A stretch of DNA of 63,985 bases, filler included, from Lenisia limosa (GCA_001655205.1; 15 parts of 15 records of this genome joined end to end with filler, not necessarily neighbours in it); one strand, 5' to 3'; positions 1 to 13,340 are shown, numbered from the whole stretch's first letter. A program made the numbers and translations. Notes: generated by a model not told the origin, from the letters alone.

Positions 1-82
1 GGGGACGGAAACAGTCCACTCCATTAATGAATAATAGTTTCATAACAAAATCAAGCAGAACCATCACATGAATATAATACAA

Positions 83-745
83 TCAAGAAGAATCCGTCTC
101 ACATCCGTTGTTTACGGCGTCTCCACGGCCAAACTGCTGGTTCTAAACGGGTTTTAGTCCTGACTTTGGAAAAGTTGTAATTATGTAAGAAACACAAGGC
201 AAACAAAAAAAAACAGTGTCTACCTGAGGGTATACTTGCTGTTGGTTATAGCCTTGTTGTTGGTTGTATCCCTGCTGCTGGGGATACGCATTGGGAGGGG
301 GCTGGGCATATCCCTGCTGGAATGGTCAGTGATAATAATTAATCGTATAGTAAGACCATTGGCAATAGTCACCAAGCTCCATTATACCTGGTTTTGCTGG
401 GGAGGAGGGTATGTGCCGTTCTGCTGAGGATACGACACCTAAAGCGTGAGGTCTTCAGGTTTCATGTTGGGAATGCGTGTTATCAAAAAAGAAGGTTGTA
501 TCCTCATTACACCATTCTGCCGAGCTAAAATTGTAGAAAGGTGGTAACAAAAGCAAGAACTGAAGTTAAAAACGAAGCAACAATCCAAATACACATTCAC
601 AAAACAAAATTGGAACCGCAGAACTTACCTGGTTGGGGGGTGGCGAAGAATACTGGACCTGGGGAGGCTGTGGGCTCTGCTGTTGCTGGTTGTTCTGGGA
701 GTATTCACCGGGATAGAGGGGTGGGGGAGGGTCTTGAGAGGCCAT
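83..745 (-). CDS. Multi-exon Pro/Gln/Tyr/Gly-rich low-complexity protein
   Basis: Exons read MASQDPPPPLYPGEYSQNNQQQQSPQPPQVQYSSPPPNQ|gtaag, then PQQNGTYPPPQQNQ|gtata, then QGYAQPPPNAYPQQQGYNQQQGYNQQQVYPQ|gtaga. The 3' end is uncertain. Confidence 0.65.
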
Positions 746-968
746 TGTGCAGTTTGGCCGACTCAATGCAAGGCTGTCTTCTTATTCTTGTTGTCAAATA
801 TTCCTTTTTTACACAACACGTCTGTTTCTACAGCAAATATCAATGTTCGGCCAAATTTTCACAAATTTGAAAACTAAATGTAACTACGGCCGCGAAGTTG
901 CTTTTCAAAAAAAAGCAAGCTTGTTTCCAGTTCTTTTCAGCGTTTGTGTATTGTTTACTTTACATAAA

Positions 969-3120
969 ATGTCCACAATGGAGGCTGAGTCAGAAGCCAA
1001 ACCCGGTACACAGTACGTTATCAGGCCTACACCCCACAACCACAGGTTTGCAGGACCTATCTTGTGACTCTAACGAAACATAGATGGCCAAAAAAGAAGT
1101 ACGAGATGCGGTATCGCGACATTCGTAAAAGTATGCCTTGGTTTCTGGGATCATGCTAGTCCTGGATATCTGATATTAACTATCTCTCAGTAATTTTCGA
1201 GTATACTGTTTTGCTTCTCTTTTAATGAGCTGTTTTAGTTGTTATGTATTGCGGGTTATATTTGGGATTTTTTTGCATTTTGGTTTCCATTTGAATTCGC
1301 GTTCACCCTTACATCTGAACATAATCCAGTGAAAAAGGTCCCAATTTAAAATATGGAAGGAACATAAATTTCTATATGCATTTGTGTCATTGCCTCTACC
1401 GTCTTCTTTCTGTTATTCGAGTTTCAACAACAGCAAAACTCAAAATAACATAAAACCTCTCTGACACGACAGGGCTTAGGGCCATGCTGGGAGAGGAGAC
1501 TGAGTTCATGCATGACTACAATTGGCATGTGGCCAAGGTCCATGGACTGGAAAATGAAGAAATCGAAGAAATCCTAAAGGAGGTGAGGATTTTAATGGGT
1601 ATAGGTTTGGCAACTCCAAAGGAACATATTTCTCTTATAAACCCAGGGATTTTTCAAGTACATTTGATTTTGTTTGAGTTTCATTTCTTTCAGTAGAGTT
1701 TGCATACAAAAAACCCCAGAATCAACTGTTGGAGTGAAATAATGACAGGGGGGTCAAAAACACACATGGCACAAAAGATATAATTTTTTTGGGATGCGGN
1801 NNNNNNNNNNNNNNNNNNNNNNNNNNNNNNNNNNNNNNNNNNNNNNNNNNNNNNNNNNNNNNNNNNNNNNNNNNNNNNNNNNNNNNNNNNNNNNNNNNNN
1901 NNNNNNNNNNNNNNTTCTACCCTGGTACTGAGGTGGAGGAGTACTCTCTCGAGGGTATCAAAAAGACCATTCTCAAGGTGAGACCCTTTGCCCCCGGGGA
2001 CCCATAAATCCTGAAAGTATTTTTATACCCTAATCTCCGCAGATTCTGCCTGAGAAAGTTGGAGAGTTCTGCATCAACCAGCTTGTGGTTTTGGACAAAG
2101 AGCCGGCCTTCACCGGCAAAGACACACACGATCTCGTCAAGAAAGTCGTTGCCGAGGCCAGGTAACTGGTGCTACTGATGTAACTGATGTTTTCACGGGT
2201 GTTTTTGATGGGGCAAACCAATTTTTGTTTAACACCTTTCCTCCATAAGAGTGTCACACCGAGTTGATATTCGTCTTTTGTCCAACCCCCCCCCCCAGGC
2301 CGGGAGCAGAGTTCACCCGTCGCCCCACCTCCGACGATGTTGTGACGGTGTATCTTGACTGCGGCCCGCGGAGGTGTCTGGTGTCGTGCACCGCATCCTT
2401 CCCCAAGGTCAAGGAGCTCGATATGCGCCCCCGCCCCGTGAGGGGGGCTCATTGGGGGGGTTCTCTTTATTTGAGAAGCATTCTGTTGCTTTTTTAGAGC
2501 GGAAGGAGAGCAAGTTTATTATTGTATTGGAAGCCATCTGAGTACTCTTAATACTACAAAAACAGCGGGAGCAAGGATAAATATAAATGTACGTATAAAT
2601 GTCTTAGATTTCTTTCATGTACAATATGTTTGATTTCTTTCATGTACAACATGGTATATTCCCATCAATATTGTATCGTACTAACTTTTATAGGCCTTCA
2701 TTGCAAGCTATGGTGAATTATACGTCAAAAAGGGCAATCGTGACGCCCTCATCACTTCCCTTCTCTACAACATCCAAACCAAAATGGGAAGCGATATTGA
2801 GTCTGTGCGCTGGGCTATCTGCTGCGTTATTGCCTTGTTTTGCGATGTTCTTTTGCTTGTGATTGGTTCCATTTGTACCTTTGTTTCGTGTTTATATGTT
2901 ATCCGAAATGCTATCTTGGCGTAGTGTTCCACTACGTTCTCAAAGATCCGGTAAAATGTCGGTGTTTATCAAAGGATTCATCGGTATACCGTCTTCTGTG
3001 GACCGAAATGAAGTTACACTCTAGGTTGTGCGTGAAGACTTCCACTTTTCCATCATTCCCAAGGAAGGCATCGACCTTCAAGAGGTTCGCTGGTCTTCAA
3101 TCCCGCCGCCGCTTCCAATC
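969..3120 (+). CDS. Spliced ThiI-like/THUMP-domain protein, apparently with a duplicated NFLD-THUMP module (partial)
   Basis: GT-AG exons 969-1045, 1084-1130, 1473-1582, 1915-1977, 2043-2161, 2299-2437 and 2694 onward join in frame. AFIASYGELYVKKGNRDALITSLLYNI resembles the ThiI N-terminal motif YGEIxLKGKNR. The upstream part (EEIEEILKE..FYPGTEVEEYSLEGIKKTILK..VVTVYLDCGPRRCLVS) resembles NFLD plus THUMP. Confidence 0.5.
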
Positions 3121-3158
3121 AGCACTATTTCACTTTGTTTTTTCTAATTTACCCCCCC

Positions 3159-3258
3159 NNNNNNNNNNNNNNNNNNNNNNNNNNNNNNNNNNNNNNNNNN
3201 NNTTAATTAATTAANNNNNNNNNNNNNNNNNNNNNNNNNNNNNNNNNNNNNNNNNNNN
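3159..3258. other. Artificial scaffold-joining spacer (N44-TTAATTAATTAA-N44); first of 14
   Basis: The same six-frame-stop linker, embedded in Ns, occurs at 3203, 5685, 20278, 22175, 24071, 39638, 41642, 44432, 45874, 53875, 56458, 59322, 60700 and 62677. Confidence 0.97.
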
Positions 3259-3677
3259 GGGGGGGGGGGGGTTGAGAGTATGATAGTGAGGAATATGTAT
3301 GTTTTGGGTGAGAAAGGAATAAATTTATTGAGCCAGTTACATACATATACATATGGATTATGTAATTTTATACTATAGCCACTTTATAAGCGTGATGGGG
3401 TGGACGGCTACAGCCAGATACAACCTTATTATATTTTTATTCTCAATATTATTCAATCTTGCCGTGGGAGAGGGAGGGGGGGGGCTGATCCAGAATCTCT
3501 CTTGTACTTGATAAAGGATTGAAAAATATCGAATACCCCCCCCCCCCCNNNNNNNNNNNNNNNNNNNNNNNNNNNNNNNNNNNNNNNNNNNNNNNNNNNN
3601 NNNNNNNNNNNNNNNNNNNNNNNNNNNNNNNNNNNNNNNNNNNNNNNNNNNNNNNNNNNNNNNNNNNNNNNNNNNNN

Positions 3678-5454
3678 TCAGGTAAAACCGCCGCCTTCAC
3701 CCTCCCTGTTCTGGAACGTCTGCTGTATCGTGATAAGAGCGTGAGTTGTGGATATTACCTGCTATGCAGATTATACAATATTCTTGTTATATTATTAATT
3801 CTATGCTGGGGTAGGCACGCAGAGCTGTGTGTACAGTGTGTGAAGGCAATTGATTGGGTGAATCAGTCATTATTATACTATTAAAAAAAAACTAATATCT
3901 CTTATAAGCCTGTTTGTGTGGACGGCTTCGGTCAGATACGATCTTGTTTTATTTCGCATTTCTCTCTCGTATACTATTTCTCATTTACATACATATGGGT
4001 AAGTCTAAGTTATGAAAGGGTTGGTGAAATAATTAATACAAACTGTTTAGTATTTCCAACTGTTAATTCCTTTAATTTGCAGGGTTTTTTTTCTCAGTAC
4101 TTATTACCCAGGAGAAGTTCAGTCGTGTACTAGTTCTGACACCTACCCGCGAGCTTGCCATTCAGGTCTGTCTAGCGCTGTATTGTATAATATGAAGTAC
4201 ATTTACATATACTATATATACATGTATATACTTATCATTGTATGTAACATGATAGGTATATCATATGTCTTTCTAACGCATAATAATATGGTATAAACGG
4301 ACACCGTGTTATAGTTTTTTTGAATTCAATATATAATTAATAAAATATAAATTAAAGTGTCAGAAATATACCTCGTTACAATATGCCGTGTTTCAAATTA
4401 TTTACACGGACTCCTTTTAGATCTGTATCTGTCTAATGCTTGTAATTATGTAGTATAATAGCTTGATGGACAGGACTTGATGATTGTTGTTGTTGATGAT
4501 GATGAGGGTAGACCATGATTATGTTGTCGTTGTTTATTATGATGGATGGCTAGCAAATTTCTCACACGGAACAAGAGTTTTATTTTGGTCCAAAAAAAAC
4601 TGAATTTCTCGATAAATCCTCGAAAACTATCAATATTTTACTGGTCTTTTTGGAGTGAAGTGGACATCTATATGCAACAAATGGACTGACTCCCCAGATC
4701 GAGAGCATGATGAAGAACCTGGCTAAGTACACCGACATTACCTTCGGGCTTTGTGTTGGAGGTCTTTCAATTAAGGTTGCCTGGGGCGATAAACGATGAC
4801 TGATTTGCGGAGCCTTTCGCAATTTCGTAGTACACAGTTGTTGTATTCCTACATATGTATATATAACAACTCGCTCCCCCCATCAATAGGAAGCTAGTTG
4901 CTTGTCATTGTTTTAGTCACTCCCAAGGATAATATTTACAAGCAGTCATCAAAGTCACCATCCAGCAACCCCCCCNNNNNNNNNNNNNNNNNNNNNNNNN
5001 NNNNNNNNNNNNNNNNNNNNNNNNNNNNNNNNNNNNNNNNNNNNNNNNNNNNNNNNNNGATCATCTCACTAACTCGTCATTCAACCTTGACGCCATTGAC
5101 GTTCTTATCCTGGATGAGGCGGATAGGTGAGGGGTGGGTTTTTTTAAAAAAACAAAACAAAAAAAAACAGGATTATCAGGGGTTGGTTGGTGAGACTTTT
5201 GTTAACATCCACACCTCTCTCCCCCCTCTGCTCCTGTGTTTGTTGGCAATATTGCTTTCTTTTCCCGTGTTTGGGATAGTTTTAGAATGATGACCTATCC
5301 TCCCTTGTGATAATTCCCAATCCCCTAACATTACAGACTTCTTGACCTTGGCTTCCAAGACGAAATTGAGGAAATTGTCGAGCATTGCCCCCACAGCCGC
5401 CAAACTCTCATGTTTTCCGCTACCATGACCGAGAGGCTTTCGAGGCTCATGAAG
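3678..5454 (+). CDS. DDX27: DEAD-box RNA helicase DDX27/Drs1 (internal fragment, at least 5 exons)
   Basis: SGKTAAFTLPVLERLLYR (motif I), RVLVLTPTRELAIQ (Ia), GLCVGGLSIK, VLILDEADR|LLDLGFQDEIEEIV (II) and RQTLMFSATM (III), with canonical splice sites. Confidence 0.88.
3808..3960 (+). repeat. Interspersed intronic repeat family S (SINE- or Helitron-like, about 60-150 bp)
   Basis: Core ctcttataagcgtgatggtgtggacggcttcggccagatacaacc..tttctcatta is found at about 3384, 3898, 47803, 49355, 52998 (minus), 58779 and 59795. Longer copies share an upstream ggaggcacgca..aaggcaaatgattg. Confidence 0.85.
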
Positions 5455-5782
5455 GTTGGGTTTTTGTGTGTTTTGATTAGATTTGTTTTGGGGGAGTGAT
5501 TTAGAGCTTAACTTTCGGTTCCGAACACCTGTAAAAAATCGATATTTATGGAGGATTTATCGAAAATTCAGACTTTTTTGGAACCGAAGTGAAGGACTAT
5601 ATCGTTAGTGGATGTGAGTGTGTCCACTGGTGCCGGGACTNNNNNNNNNNNNNNNNNNNNNNNNNNNNNNNNNNNNNNNNNNNNTTAATTAATTAANNNN
5701 NNNNNNNNNNNNNNNNNNNNNNNNNNNNNNNNNNNNNNNNCTAATGCAAATGGTTCTAAAAGTGCTTGACTGATCTATTCAG

Positions 5783-6944
5783 GTCATCACTCATGCAGTT
5801 GCCGTGAACTCTGCTGCATTCATAAAGCCATTCTTGTTGAGCACAACGCTAACTATATCCTGGCAGATGACGAGTCCAGCTCAGGGTCGGGTTCTGGATC
5901 TGATGACGACAATGATGGCAATGATGAGGGTTTGGTTCTGTATTAACTTATTGTGTAGACAATCATGGCTATTTTGGTCTTTCTGTTGGTGCCACCCTTT
6001 CAGAAGCTGAAAAGGGGAGACTCGATATGGGTTGGTGCTTTACAGCTCAAACGGTTTAACTGTATTTTAGATCCATCTCGAGATAATGCCATCTTGGCTG
6101 AGAGTGAGTGCCATTGGTACCACTCAGAAGAGGTATGGCAAGGAAAATACAAAGATAGAAAGTGACTTATATGTATCTAGCTTGAACACAATTGTGGACG
6201 AAAGGGGTTTCTATTCACTACCAGCCTCTCTACACGCCATGTCACAAGTTAGTTGGTGTTTTTGGCGTACCTGAACTAAACATGTATCAGTTTTAACATT
6301 CCTTAGTCATTGATAGTGTGTGTGTCCAATTTGAGGTAAAGCCGATTCCAGACGCCCCTGATTGATTAGAAAACGGCAGATGGCAAACTATCATGTTTCT
6401 TTATAATAACAGACATTGGGGGGGAGGGGTGCTTCATCCTCTATGGCCAATATCGTAAATTTCCTTTTGTCTGATCTGAAATACGTTTTTTTTGTCTATT
6501 ATCTACCTGTGTACATAGTAGTATATATATATATATATTTTTGACAATGATGATGATTATGTATGAATAATGTCTGTATATTATGGGAAGGAGAGTTTAA
6601 AGTCCCCAAAAGTCAAAGAGATCATATTACACACAAAGTCACAGACCTTAACCTACATTGGGCAGAATCAAGGACACGCTACTCGACCGTCCTCCTGAAT
6701 GGCTTCGAAGAGAACGGAGAAGAGCGGGAAGTAGTGGCGGTGTCAGTGATGCGTCAAAATAATATTTCAAGGCCACTAAATAAAATAAAAATTGCTACAC
6801 CAGACCTTTGAGCAACACAGAATCCCGGGTCGCACTGCTTGGCGAAATTTTGCAGATGGCTTCTCTTGTTCGCTCCTCAATTCCACTTACTGGCTTCAAA
6901 AGTTCCATTTCTCCAGAACTGGTGAAGGACTGATATTAGTCAAA
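5783..6944 (+). CDS. Hypothetical multi-exon protein with a SWIM-like CxC..CxH motif
   Basis: Exon HSCSCRELCCIHKAILVEHNANYILADDESSSGSGSGSDDDNDGNDE|gt is followed by further AG/GT-bounded exons at about 6070-6135, 6181-6248 and 6668-6944. Later reading frames are uncertain. Confidence 0.35.
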
Positions 6945-7682
6945 AATAAACAAACCAAGACGAAATGGATAGCTTTAATTGTTTTGTAGCTCTCAATCAT
7001 TGGTTTTGTCATTGTAATTGATATTGATTGAATAACGTAGTTTTGGCCTTCTTTGAGATCATTCACATCTTAGAAAAGTCAGTTGTAATTTTTAATGTAA
7101 AACATACTGTCTAACAACACAATCGGCGGTATATTTCTAATTACATCTTCAACATCGCTTTCTAAGAGCTCTGAAAATTGGTGCAAGAATAAAGTTACCT
7201 GCTTTCGTTACTTCCCTTGTTAATTAAATAATAGTGTCGATTGAGAAGTTGTCAATATCGAACAAGTGAATATGTTCTCCAATATTTCCGACCTTAACTT
7301 TTAACCAAAAGAAATTCTTACTGTGGTTGAATAAGATACGGTCCGAAAATTATTTGATCAACAGAGACTTGATCTTGGTCTTCGATATTTCCTTGGAACC
7401 CGACCCTCCAGATTTCTTCAGGGACAAAAAATAAACTGTGAATAGAAAAAAAGTCAAATGTTATCATTAATCCACAAGCGATATGTATGACAGAATTTCA
7501 AGTGAAATGATAGACTTTGAGATAGTACAACAGTTTAGCCCGAGTGTCAAAGTTTCATTGAGACATGTCTATCAATCATCATAGGATTGGAAACGAGGTA
7601 TCATATCACAAAGTGGAAAACGATAGTTTATACATATNNNNNNNNNNGTTTAATGTAAAACATACTGTCTAACAACACAATC

Positions 7683-7900
7683 GAGAGAGAGAGGGAGAGA
7701 GGGGGGGACTGATAATCTGTCTCTACTAACTATAAACAGTAATAATAATAATTAATTAATCACAACCGATAGCAACAACGGGGAAAGGAATATAGAGAAT
7801 AGGAGAGCGGGAAGGGCGTAGGTTGAAGGCGGCGGAGACCCAGCATTTGCACATTCACCAAGTCAGATAATCCGCCATGAGATCTACGATCGCTTTACCT
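7683..7900 (-). repeat. Dispersed repeat, copy 1, ending in a (CT)n tail; probable 3' end of a non-LTR retroelement
   Basis: About 160 bp are nearly identical to 11972-12130 and the shared block agatctacgatcgctttacc follows in both. There is a (GA)n tract at the left edge. Confidence 0.7.
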
Positions 7901-8280
7901 CAACCGAGTTGGAGGAGTTTGCGGGTTTGTGCGAAGTGGCCCAATGCTTGGTGTTGGTGGCGCAAACCCTTTGGTCCCTGGCACAACACAAAGCAGTCGG
8001 AGGGACCAAACTAGGAGGATATATCATAAAAATGGGTTAAACCTTTGTCTTCNNNNNNNNNNNNNNNNNNNNNNNNNNNNNNNNNCATTATATGATAGAT
8101 ACTGTAATTCTCAACTTATTCTATCAAAATGTTCATTTGGCTTGTTTTCACAGAGAAAATTCACAGATATAGACGGTGTGATATATCTTAGAATATATAT
8201 CTGCCTCCCAACCTCTTAGGACCAAATGCCAAGAGAAGTTATAGCCTGAAATCTCATAAACAATAATATAAATCAGTGGA

Positions 8281-9650
8281 TTAGCGACGACGGGGTGGGG
8301 TTCTAGACCTGGATGGCGAACGAGAGCGCCTTACTCGACGTGGTGGCGAATATCTGATCGATCGCTCCCTTCTAACGGGAGAACGTGACCTCCTTCCCTT
8401 CTAAAAGGGTGAGATTCTATCAACCAATCAAAAGGGATTAGCACATGTCCTGTCTTGTTTATTGCACGTTCGATAGGACAAAATACAATGCAATGAGTCC
8501 AGTCCTACCGGGGACCTGACGGGAGATCTCTGTCGTCTCACTGGAGACCTCGAGCTGCTCTGTAAACATCAGCAATCCCTTCATATTCCACGCATCATCA
8601 GAACCCCACCTACAGGGGATCTTCTTCTGGGAGACCTCCTTGACACCGGGGACCGCGACCGGGGCCGTCTTCAAAAATCAGTGCCAATAAAGAATATACA
8701 GCATAGCATCACTTAACCACAAAACCCAAGTCATCAAAAAAAAAAAAAAAAAAANNNNNNNNNNNNNNNNNNNNNNNNNNNNNNNNNNNNNNNNNNNNNN
8801 NNNNNNNNNNNNNNNNNNNNNGATCAGGAGATCTGCGCCGGGGAGATCGGTTGCGGGGCTTCTTGAAGACAGGTGATCTTGATCTTGAACGGCCACGGCG
8901 ACGACGAGGGGCATCTTCCTAATGTTGTCAACATTTGGTTAAGGATACTCTCATTAAGAATATTTCAATGTTTATCGTTGCAAACCTCATCAGAAGACGC
9001 CACATCCCATCCGGCATTGCTTTCCTTCTTCGGCTTATCAACGCTCTCAATGTCAAGAACGCCTGCTTCAATCTTTTTCGTCCAACGTCTGCGGTCGCGG
9101 ATAGCCTCGCGCTCACTTCGTCGCTGTCTACGCGCGGCGCGTCGCTCTTCCTTCTCTTTCTTCTTCGCTACCTTGGTGTTCTGTTTTTGCTCTTTTGTGA
9201 TTCTTTTGGTCGCCTGCGATAATTACAGAAAAAGTACATTTAAAAATGCGGACTTGCGTTTGAAAACACAAAATGACTGTTAGTTTTCCCGCTCTCAAAG
9301 CCCCGCNNNNNNNNNNGTCAGTCCTTGGCAAACGGGCTTGCTTGAAAGACTCGTCACCTTTACCAAGCCCAGTCGTCTCCTCCTCATAGCCTTCATGCAC
9401 ATTGGAACGGGACATAAGCTGCAGGAAGTGAAATTGGCATTTCAATAAAAAAACTAAGAGCTAAATATTACATTTGTTGTTGATTTTATATTGATGATTA
9501 TTCTCCAAACAATTCGAGTCCATGGCTAGCCAAAATGGGAAGTCCTCCGGCTTACAGCGCTCATATCATTCTGAGATAGTTTAGCGTCGTGGTCTGAGCG
9601 GGAAGGAGGTTCGAGCCCCCTTGGAGGTGAGTTACAATGCAGGGCACTAT
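8281..9650 (-). CDS. Arg/Ser-rich (RS-domain) basic protein, multi-exon
   Basis: Exons: LMSRSNVHEGYEEETTGLG; KKKEKEERRAARRQRRSEREAIRDRRRW; APRRRRGRSRSRSPVFKK; RRPRSRSPVSRRSPRRRSP; final exon GRRSRSPVRRERSIRYSPPRRVRRSRSPSRSRTPPRRR* with its stop at 8281-8283. Confidence 0.72.
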
Positions 9651-11971
9651 TATACATTCTTTCTTTCATTGATATTCGCTTCACTGTAAATCGCCTAATA
9701 GATGGCGAAAACGACAAATATAAAAAAAATCATCTTCTACGCTATACAACAATCAAGGCCTCCTCTCCCCCGAGTTCATACTCTTTTTAATAGAGCAACA
9801 TGGTGCCAGTGTGTTCAAAATATTAGGTAACTGATTTTAATTACTTGTAACGTAAACCTTTTCAACTCTNNNNNNNNNNCTAATCTATGTATGATATACG
9901 TGTACGTGTATATGAATAGAAATTAACTATTGATCATGAAAGTAACCTGACCGAGAACAAAGCCTAGCTGTGAACATTGGACCATCTTTTCCCCCTCTTA
10001 AAAAAAACAATTCCTAAAATTATCAATGCATAATCAACCAAAGGACGCTTAATAGCCAGTAGAATTACCTTATGACAAAAACACAGTAAATTCACTGAAG
10101 CGAACTTTTTTCTGATCTCGCCCCGATTTCTATTTCAAGCACATTCAATGCCCGGGGTGGTATTGGTTAAGCCGAGATTGGAATGGTAAATTTTGACGTG
10201 TCTCAGTTCCTGCTCTTACCAAATTTCGCTATTCTTATTTTTACTGACAGCAGAACTTGCTTTGAATAAATGCTGAGATTAGATTTTGAAGGAGTTAGAT
10301 CTTTTTTAATGTAAAATCCCCTTAAGTTTGATGCCCATAGTTTTATTAAATGAACGGAAATAATAGTTTAAATTTTAGTAAAAAGCCATAAAGAGTGAAG
10401 TTGCTTTCCCTTGCCTTCGTTTAAACACTCTCTCTTTCTTACTCCCGAATCTACTATATATATTTTATGACAAGCATATTGTTCCTGAAGCAGGAACATG
10501 CTATATCGCTACCTCCCCTGGCCATTCCAATCTTGGTTTAACACTTGCGTTGTTTCCGGGCTCAAATCTTGATTCGTCTCTTTCCTCCTCATAGGGTGGA
10601 TGGTAAAATTCACCGTTTAGAGGTTGATTTTGACATAGGACAATTTTGGATACTGTGTAGTATTTTGAAATTTGGCCAAATTATCCCCCCGAAATCCGTG
10701 CTGTTGCTCCCCAATTATCTTCCAAAATGGGCTCGTGGTTCTGTCAGGTCGATTGATGACAACGAGACAGGAAACACAAAGAAACGCTGGTAAAACGAAT
10801 GTTGAACAAATAAAGAAGACGGGTGAGGTGGACCAGCAAAAGCAATAGAAATGATGATGAAGAAGGTTGAGGAAAGTGAAAGTAAAAAGTTAGAAGTTGG
10901 AGCTAGAATAGGAAGAAATTGTTGCTAAGACGAAAGAAGCGTGACAAAAGCAAAGGATGAAGTGGAAGTGGAAGGGAGAAGAATGTAATAACGTTTTCTT
11001 ATCAAAATTGTCTTTTGTTTTTTTTTGAAAATAAAACTGAACTATAACTTCTGTTTGTTCAATTGTTTTGATTATACGTCTGATTTTGTTAACAGTCATA
11101 TCAAGTTTTATTGTTTAAAAAATAAAAGATGGTCCTATGTTCACAGAGAGGTTATGTTCACGCTCTCTTATATATATACATATATATATAGTATATATAT
11201 GAAAATCATATACCTATATATTAGTAGAATAATTAATAATATCTCACTATTTTTCATATAATTATATACTACAATAGATAAAACGTTGTATGAGATTAAT
11301 ATATTGAGTACAGCCCTTTTGGAGATGATCAATTCATATGACTTAAAATTAATAATGCTGAAAAAGTGGATTTCCTCTCCAGCATAGGTAAAATCTGTTT
11401 CTATATCTCGGATAGCTTTCTCTTTTCTTTCATTTTGACTAAATGGTGAACCTGCTAGCTTCTCACAAACCCAGACTTCAGGAAGGAGCATACAGTTTCT
11501 CTCCAGAATCTCAGAAATAACATTACGAAGGGTATGCACATAGTTTCCACCAAAGAACTAAGAGATAACAACATATATACAATAACCACCAACTTTGTAA
11601 CATAGCGAGTACCAAAAACAGTTCCCGTCTCCACAGATTGCAACAAAATTTGGATGATCTTGACACCATCTCTAAACAGTGTTAACATCCAGGATGCTTA
11701 TTTGACAGCTTGCCTCACTTGTTGAATTAGTTCGTTTGAAATGGGGTGATAGGCGCTTGGGAGCTAGTTAAGATTAATAGTTTTGAAGAGACAACTCACA
11801 TCAATGGGGGCTTCCATTTGGCAGTGCNNNNNNNNNNTAAGTAAATCCCTAAAAAGTAAAATAAAATAATACAATACACGGGTTCAGGGTTCAGAGACAA
11901 CATTTTTTTTTCACTCTATGACATACCATGGTTGTTCAATCATAAGGAACGCGGAAGAGGTGAAGGAAAGT

Positions 11972-12150
11972 AGAGAGAGAGAGAGGGAGAGAGGGGGGGA
12001 CTGTTAATCTGTCTCTACTAACTATAAACAGTAATAATAATAATTAATTAATCACAACCGATAGCAACAACGGGGAAAGGAATATAGAGAATAGGAGAGC
12101 GGGAAGGGCGTAGGTTGAAGGCGGCGGAGACAAGATCTACGATCGCTTTA
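11972..12150 (-). repeat. Dispersed repeat, copy 2 (same family as 7683-7900)
   Basis: Near-identical sequence. It lacks the roughly 40-bp segment present in copy 1 before agatctacgatcg. Confidence 0.75.
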
Positions 12151-12249
12151 CCCCCACCTCAGTGGCCCCCTTGCGACTTGGGAAAGACGCAGAGTTGATG
12201 ACAGCCTTCTAACGTGCTTCTAACTCAGTCACATCTCTTATCTGCCTCA

Positions 12250-13340
12250 AGTTGAATTGTATTCAACAACCTACCTTTCATATTATGAATGATTTATCAG
12301 CACATATACTTTCACAATGTTTAACGATTCTCCGATTTCCAATTTCGTTGCGCTCTGACAATTACTTGCCAAAAAGAATGTGTAAACTTCCTGTTTGGCT
12401 TTTTAAAAAGAAAAAAAAGTTGCATGGTTTTGAGGAAAACCAGGAGTTGCTGAATTATTTAGTTTTTTGCTTGAGAGACAATTCTCTGATTTTGCACACT
12501 TTTCATTATTTTCAGCAATGTGAATTGGGATGTGTTAAATTGCTCGTACATCATCAGTTCTGCCAAAGGTATCTATTAAGCTGCTGTCAGAGTATCTTTT
12601 TTGAAGTCCAATTTGAAAAATCGGGGCTGTCAGGTTTTCAGAACACCATAATGAATTACTTATGGAAAGTTCAAGGTCACTATTTTATTACAGTTTCTGA
12701 TATTTTTTCACCTGGAGCCATCTTTTTTTATTGAAGAATGTTATTCTTTTTGGGGTATCAATGACATAATTTGTTATCCTGTTTCTATTCAAAATGCATC
12801 CCTATTAAGATCTTACTTGTTTTGGTTTTTTTATGACAGTAAAACAGTTTAGAAGTCTTCTGTGATCAATCTGTTACTCTGTTTTTGGAGCTCTCATCTG
12901 GGGTTACGATTGAGTCTTTTCTCCTTCTCAGCTCTTGCTGTTATGACTGTTTGTTTTTGCTGGAGTCAGCATCACTGAGTGAAGTCATTTGGCTTTTTGC
13001 AAATAGTTGTCATACTGCTCTTGGTTCTTTCTACATTCTCTCTAAATCTGTTTTGTCACAGTTTTTTTTTCTGACCGTTTTAATCTGTCATTCTATTTTT
13101 TTTGCAATTTCTCACCATTTCAATACTCCTGAACAGGTTTCAGTTTTGAATGAGATAGTTAATGTTCCTTTTCTCTATATGAGACAAAAAGTACGTTAAG
13201 CTGTTTTTCTTACTTCTACTACTTTTAACTCTGCTGGATTCCATTTCGATTATGCCCCTCACCCCATAGGTGTCACAGATATCATTTTCTCTTTTTTTTC
13301 CAAAATAAAAATCATCTTGGGTGAGGAGCAAACTTTGCTT
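12250..13340 (-). pseudogene. Highly decayed DNA-transposon ORF, possibly Sola-type
   Basis: Stop-riddled AT-rich fragments FYFGKKRENDICDTY, QEQYDNYLQKAK and DTPKRITFFNKKRW loosely follow the Sola-like order F..PKKDTC..C / Y..H..RA / PTP....FYKR.LW. Recognised by eye only. Confidence 0.3.

Noticed and set aside
3203-3214. TTAATTAATTAA recurring 14 times, superficially like a regularly spaced repeat or CRISPR-like array
   Set aside because: It is always centred in a 100-nt N block, so it is an assembly linker.
7091-7682. 36-bp direct repeat (7091-7126 and 7648-7682) as a possible long target-site duplication
   Set aside because: The second copy starts right after a 10-N gap, so a scaffolding overlap artefact is more likely.
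11168-11688. ORFs with a faint resemblance to a Harbinger transposase C-terminus
   Set aside because: No convincing DDE motifs or termini; the similarity could be chance.
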